A DNA stretch of 64,000 nucleotides, from contig JANWJU010000157.1 of assembly GCA_025451775.1 (NCBI GenBank), positions 635-64,634 on the forward strand, written 5' to 3'. The notes under the pieces were generated by a model, which saw only the letters and a list, made by a program, of their open reading frames with translations, was not told the DNA's origin and made no database searches. The DNA is from Terriglobales bacterium (GTDB lineage: Bacteria; Acidobacteriota; Terriglobia; Terriglobales; SCQP01). Below, in pieces: positions 60,541 through 64,000 of the stretch. Position numbers and translations under genes: made by a program. Every line of letters starts with the position of its first letter. Within the stretch, counting starts at the first letter, position 1.

Positions 60541-61716
60541 CTAATTGCCGGGACCAAGGTAGGCGACCAAACCCAGCAGCAGCGTGGGTTGGTTGCGGGA
60601 CATCCCGGTGTTGGTCGAGAAGAACGGCTGATTCGACCAGTCGTCGCGGAACTCGACCCGGCTGAGCAACCATTTGTTGGCCTTGTACTCACCCGTGATC
60701 GTGGCTTCCTTGACCGCTTGCGCCGTGCCGGTGGAAAAGCCCGAGGCATCGTCGAACCATTCCAGGCGGCCGGCGACGGCGTAGCGCTTCCCGATGGCGT
60801 GGCGCGCCGCCAGGGCCAGCCCCGTCCAGTACTGGACCGCCGTGGTCCCGTAGGCTTGGTTGCGGCCGTAGTCGTAGTTGACGTAGTAGCTGAACGCGCT
60901 GCTGGGATTCACCAGGACTTCGGTGTCGTAGAGGTTGCGCCAGCCCTGCGTGGTCCCGGAGTTCTCCGGGCCGCCGTAGTAGTTGCTGGTCCAGGTGGCC
61001 TTTTTCCAGGCGTAGGCGAACGTCAGGCCCAGCGTTTTGCCGCGGTTGATCGGGTAGACGTTGTTCCAGCCGTTGACCACGGCCACGCCGGCGGTGATGT
61101 GCGAGCCGATGGGCGCCAGCATCCGCACTCCGGTGTGGTCGTAGGGGATGGCCCAGGCGAACAACAGCGAGTGCGTGACGTCCCAGTTGCTGTTGGACTC
61201 GATCACCTCTGAGCCGGCCCAGGTAACGAACTCCCCGGCGTCGACCTCGATCCCGCCCAAGGCCTTGGGTTTAAAGCTGACGTAACCCTGCTCGAAGTGG
61301 TCGAACCAGTGCGGATCGCGGTTGCCGTAGTGAATCTCGCGAAACGTCTGGCCGGCTCCGATATCGAAATGAAAGCCGACTGGGGCCGCCGGATGGTCGA
61401 TCGTCACCTTGGCGAAACTCAACTGGGCGGTGTTGGCGAGGTAATCGAAGTTCTGCAGCCCATTGAGACCGGTGGCCGGCGAGTTGGGGTTGTAGTCGGC
61501 GTACCCCTCCGCCATGGCGCTGAAAGTTGTGCCCCCAAACGTGTAGGGCGTGGGCGCAGATGCCACGGTGGCCGTGGCGGCCGGCGGTGCCGGCGGCGGC
61601 GGCGGGGGAGCCTGCTGTCCCCGAGCGGGCGCCAATAGGACAAAGGCCGCTAAGCTGGACAGCGCCCAGCATTTCTGCAATGTCTCACGGAATCGAAACC
61701 AAACAGCTCCGGTCAT
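60541..61716 (-). CDS. outer-membrane beta-barrel porin (bbp2/OmpL-like)
   Basis: 391 aa with a signal peptide, then a Pro-rich linker. Motifs: ...FSAMAEGYADYNPNSP...NFDYLANTAQLSFAKVTI...GFHFDIGAGQTF... This is the alternating beta-strand pattern of porin-2 family proteins. Confidence 0.7.
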   Translation of the reverse strand: MTGAVWFRFRETLQKCWALSSLAAFVLLAPARGQQAPPPPPPAPPAATATVASAPTPYTFGGTTFSAMAEGYADYNPNSPATGLNGLQNFDYLANTAQLSFAKVTIDHPAAPVGFHFDIGAGQTFREIHYGNRDPHWFDHFEQGYVSFKPKALGGIEVDAGEFVTWAGSEVIESNSNWDVTHSLLFAWAIPYDHTGVRMLAPIGSHITAGVAVVNGWNNVYPINRGKTLGLTFAYAWKKATWTSNYYGGPENSGTTQGWRNLYDTEVLVNPSSAFSYYVNYDYGRNQAYGTTAVQYWTGLALAARHAIGKRYAVAGRLEWFDDASGFSTGTAQAVKEATITGEYKANKWLLSRVEFRDDWSNQPFFSTNTGMSRNQPTLLLGLVAYLGPGN

Positions 61717-61919
61717 CGCTCCTCCTCAAACGTCGTTCGGTCGAACTTAAGGGGAGGGCGTCGTGGCCCAGAGTTGCTCACCGCGCCGCTAGCGTCATGG
61801 CCGCCGGTGCGGAGTGCCGAGGGATGTCGCCGATTGCCCCCGTGGGCGGCGGCGAATTCCCCTGAAAAAGACTCTAGTCCAGCCGCGGGCGCAAGGGAAA
61901 TTCAAAGTTTTAATGAGGC

Positions 61920-62390
61920 TTATGTCAAGGCCGCTGGAGGCGGCCGTGCCGCTATGGCGCGTGATCGGGCGACGCTGGCGTGAGCCCGCAAGGCGTGGTG
62001 ATCTCGGCGGGCGAGGGCCTGATGGGCCTCGGCCAGCATCGTGGCAGCGACCCTAGTCCCGACTCCCGGCAAAGAGCGGATGATGTTGAGGTCACGATGC
62101 TGGCATTCGTTTGGGGTATCAGGTTCAGCGGCGGTCAGCTCCTCCCGCAGCGTCTGGATCTGCGCGTCGGCGGCGCGGCCTTGAGCCGCCCAGGCGGCAA
62201 TGACGGGCAGAAGGAGCTTGATTTGGCCGCCGCTGCGCTGGAAGCTGGCTTGGGGCAACGGCAGCGGCGCGGGCGCAGCGACGAGCTGCTCGGGCTCGAT
62301 GCGCCGAATGAGCAGGGCGCTGGTCCGTGATCGGCGCTGTTGCGCGGCTGGCGCTCCTGCTCGCCTGACCTGCCAGCCCACGCAGGCCAC
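61920..62390 (-). pseudogene. IS110-family transposase remnant (C-terminal Transposase_20-like region only)
   Basis: ...IQTLREELTAAEPDT...LNIIRSLPGVGTRVAATMLAEAHQALARRDHHALRAHASVA matches the helix-hairpin-helix region of IS110/IS116/IS902 transposases. The DEDD N-terminal domain is absent and the C-terminus is degenerate. Confidence 0.65.
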
Positions 62391-62411
62391 CTCTCAAAGG
62401 TACAGGGACGG

Positions 62412-62717
62412 TTAGGCGGCCTTGATCCGGGGAACGGGCCGGAGGTAGGTCTCGTCCACATAGCACCAAGCCCAATCGTCTCCCGAGCGGAACGACTGCA
62501 TGACGGGGTGCCGGGTGGCGTGGAAGTGCTGGGTGGCGTGCTTGTTCTTGGAACTATCACAGCAGCCGACGTGCCCGCACGTCATGCATTTGCGCAACTG
62601 CACCCATGTGTCCCCACTGGCCATGCACTCGGCGCAGCCCGTCGTCTGCGCGTCGACGTTGCGGATTTGATCCAGGTGCGAACACCGGTCGGAGAGGGAA
62701 GAACTGGATGTGGACAT
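62412..62717 (-). CDS. UBP-type zinc-finger domain protein
   Basis: 101 aa. CSHLDQI...GCAECMASGDTWVQLRKCMTCGHVGCCDSSKNKHATQHFHATRHPV... is the zf-UBP pattern. Confidence 0.85.
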   Translation of the reverse strand: MSTSSSSLSDRCSHLDQIRNVDAQTTGCAECMASGDTWVQLRKCMTCGHVGCCDSSKNKHATQHFHATRHPVMQSFRSGDDWAWCYVDETYLRPVPRIKAA

Positions 62718-62752
62718 GCCGATGACCTCGTGCCCTCAGTCTAGCTCCGATC

Positions 62753-62847
62753 CGAAGCCGAAGCCCGCCGCAAGCGGCCAGCGCCGGAGCCCCGGCGCGC
62801 AACGCTGGGTGACCGTGGAGCGACCCAGCGAAAGCTGGCGAGCGAGC
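62753..62847 (+). repeat. dispersed intergenic repeat, copy F (middle + 3' module only)
   Basis: CGAAGCCGAAGCCCGCCGCAAGCG...GGAGCGACCCAGCGAAAGCTGGCGAGCGAGC, upstream of tRNA-Glu. Confidence 0.7.
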
Positions 62848-62899
62848 ATGGTAAACTGACTGCATCTGTCGGCCAGCAGCGCGGTCGATTTTCCACTCT

Positions 62900-62977
62900 G
62901 TCCCCGTCGTCTAGCCCGGCCTAGGACACCGCCCTTTCACGGCGATAACACGGGTTCGAATCCCGTCGGGGACGCCA
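62900..62977 (+). tRNA. tRNA-Glu (anticodon TTC), CCA encoded
   Basis: GTCCCCGTCGTCTAGCCCGGCCTAGGACACCGCCCTTTCACGGCGATAACACGGGTTCGAATCCCGTCGGGGACGCCA. It is near-identical in layout to E. coli tRNA-Glu(UUC): acceptor GTCCCCG/CGGGGAC and anticodon loop CTTTCAC. Confidence 0.92.
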
Positions 62978-63038
62978 AGCCGAATCAAAAACCGAGGCCG
63001 CGGCGCCGCGGGCGGCCAAAAGCGCATGCTTGCCCCTG

Positions 63039-63110
63039 CTGGAGGCAGCGTGGAGATGCCTCCAGCCGAGCCGGGCAACGAGCGGCAGTGCCGCGTGTGC
63101 GCCGCCTGCT
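63039..63110 (+). repeat. dispersed intergenic repeat, copy G (5' hairpin module only)
   Basis: CTGGAGGCAGCGTGGAGATGCCTCCAGCCGAGCCGGGCAACGAGCGGCAGTGCCGCGTGTGCGCCGCC, downstream of tRNA-Glu. Confidence 0.75.
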
Positions 63111-63124
63111 GGCCGAAGCGGATC

Positions 63125-64000
63125 CTACAACGTGTTGAGGAAGGCGACCAGGTCGGCCGTCTCCTGCTGGCTCAGGTTGAGGTTGAAGCGTCGATTGTAG
63201 AAGGCCAGCACGTCGTTGAGGCTGGCGGCCGAACCGTTGTGGAAGTAGGGCGCGCGCGCGGCAAGGGCACGCAGGATGGGACCCTTGAATTTGCCGATGT
63301 CGGAGCAGCGGCCGGAGATCAGCGCGCGGCCGAGATCGGTGGTTTGCACGGTCGAGCCGTCCTTGCACTGCACCGTGAAGAGCGGCAGGTCGGGGGTGCG
63401 TTCGGAGGCGGCGGCGGTGCCGATGTTCAGCGGTCCAGGCACGCTGTGGTCGCCCACGTTGGGCGTGTTGTGGCAGGTGGAGCAAGTGCCCAGGATCACC
63501 GGAAGGCCAAGCGCGTCATTCAACCCGGCCACGCCCGAAATGGTGATCGGGCGGGTGTTGAAGATGGCCTCACCCCGTGCCACCGATTGCCGATCGGGCT
63601 GGTTGCTGTGGTTCCAGGCGCGGTACAGATCGAACACGTCGGGCGTGCCGGGCTGGCCCTGCGCATCGAGGTTGTTGATGCCGATGAAGAAGGGCTGCTG
63701 CATCAGCGGCTCAGGCCCGCCGCGCGCCCCTTCGGCTTCCAGGCGCCCAGCGGCGTGGTCCAACACTTGGGCGGTGTAGAGGCTGCGCTCGAAGGCAACG
63801 ATGCTGTCCAGCACGGCATTCGAGGGCGCCGTCGCTGCCTGCTCGTGTCCCATAATAGCGTCGAACGCCTGCGACCGGAGCGAGTCGTTGAGGGTGTTGC
63901 CGGCGGGCGACTCGCGGCCATCCCACATCACGGTGGTGAGGAAGCGCAAGTTCGTGGCGGGCAAGGGGCGGCGGTAGACGGAAACGTTCTGGGTGTCGGC
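63125..64000 (-). CDS. di-haem cytochrome c peroxidase family protein (N-terminus outside window)
   Basis: The frame is open to the window edge; the ORF-track start at 63964 is only a TTG. Motifs: ...WDGRE...GTCSTCHNTPNVG (second haem site)...FKGPILRALAARAPYFHNGSAASLNDVLAFYN... This is the typical CCP/MauG C-terminal half. Confidence 0.85.
   Translation of the reverse strand, partial: ADTQNVSVYRRPLPATNLRFLTTVMWDGRESPAGNTLNDSLRSQAFDAIMGHEQAATAPSNAVLDSIVAFERSLYTAQVLDHAAGRLEAEGARGGPEPLMQQPFFIGINNLDAQGQPGTPDVFDLYRAWNHSNQPDRQSVARGEAIFNTRPITISGVAGLNDALGLPVILGTCSTCHNTPNVGDHSVPGPLNIGTAAASERTPDLPLFTVQCKDGSTVQTTDLGRALISGRCSDIGKFKGPILRALAARAPYFHNGSAASLNDVLAFYNRRFNLNLSQQETADLVAFLNTL

Noticed and set aside
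62718-63125. Integrative island or prophage at tRNA-Glu.
   Set aside because: There is no integrase, no duplicated tRNA 3' segment (att) and no phage-like genes. Only an IS remnant and repeat fragments are present.

Overview
This is a GC-rich bacterial chromosomal segment. The gene content looks Acidobacteriota-like: Tat-exported xylose-isomerase-like TIM barrels, Tat-NIPSNAP, a YVTN propeller lipoprotein, a bbp2-type porin, and Ala/Pro-rich tails on ribosomal proteins. That lineage guess is inference only.

Layout:
(1) 1-11.2 kb, + strand: the distal S10 / spc / alpha ribosomal cluster in canonical order. It runs L29 (partial), S17, L14, L24, L5, S14 type Z, S8, L6, L18, S5, L30, L15, SecY, Adk, Map, IF-1, L36, S13, S11, S4, RpoA, L17.
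(2) 11.2-20.1 kb: a LolA-like lipoprotein, a 586-aa orphan two-domain protein, bactofilin and a SAM methyltransferase. Then comes a 610-bp gene-free spacer holding two copies of a dispersed repeat and a perfect 30-nt palindrome. A hybrid histidine kinase and a coiled-coil beta-barrel OMP with an amicyanin-like cupredoxin follow.
(3) 20.2-27.3 kb: a duplicated module of Tat-exported TIM-barrel enzyme plus NCS1-like permease, with one Gfo/Idh/MocA oxidoreductase. Tat-NIPSNAP and tRNA-Val follow.
(4) 27.3-38.4 kb, - strand: a six-gene hemicellulose side-chain operon. It encodes a giant GH54 arabinofuranosidase fusion, AraD, a FucI-like isomerase, AraB, a GH67 alpha-glucuronidase and an ExuT-like MFS.
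(5) 38.5-50.6 kb: YVTN lipoprotein plus an orphan ABC ATPase, DoxX, an RND adaptor and pump, a small cytochrome c and two tandem GGDEF paralogs. A stand-alone LarC C-terminal domain coupled to a YpdA-like reductase and a BON protein complete the block.
(6) 51.7-54.0 kb: a two-gene microcompartment cassette. It has one BMC-H shell protein plus an acylating aldehyde dehydrogenase carrying a 136-aa C-terminal extension.
(7) 54.2-61.7 kb, - strand: porin, APC permease, PP2C, Ser/Thr kinase, GlnD.
(8) 61.9-64.0 kb: an IS110 remnant, a zf-UBP protein, tRNA-Glu and a partial di-haem cytochrome c peroxidase.

Most interesting for follow-up:
- the orphan BMC cassette and its unusual AldDH tail;
- a modular intergenic repeat family (7 copies, all co-oriented);
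- the GH54-NEW3-LTD-repeat fusion protein;
- the PRTase-like/kinase-like orphan;
- a Cys4 variant of ribosomal protein bL24;
- an orphan LarC2 domain gene.

No CRISPR array, integrase, reverse transcriptase or recognisable defence or toxin system was seen. All family calls rest on my reading of the translations; no database search was run.
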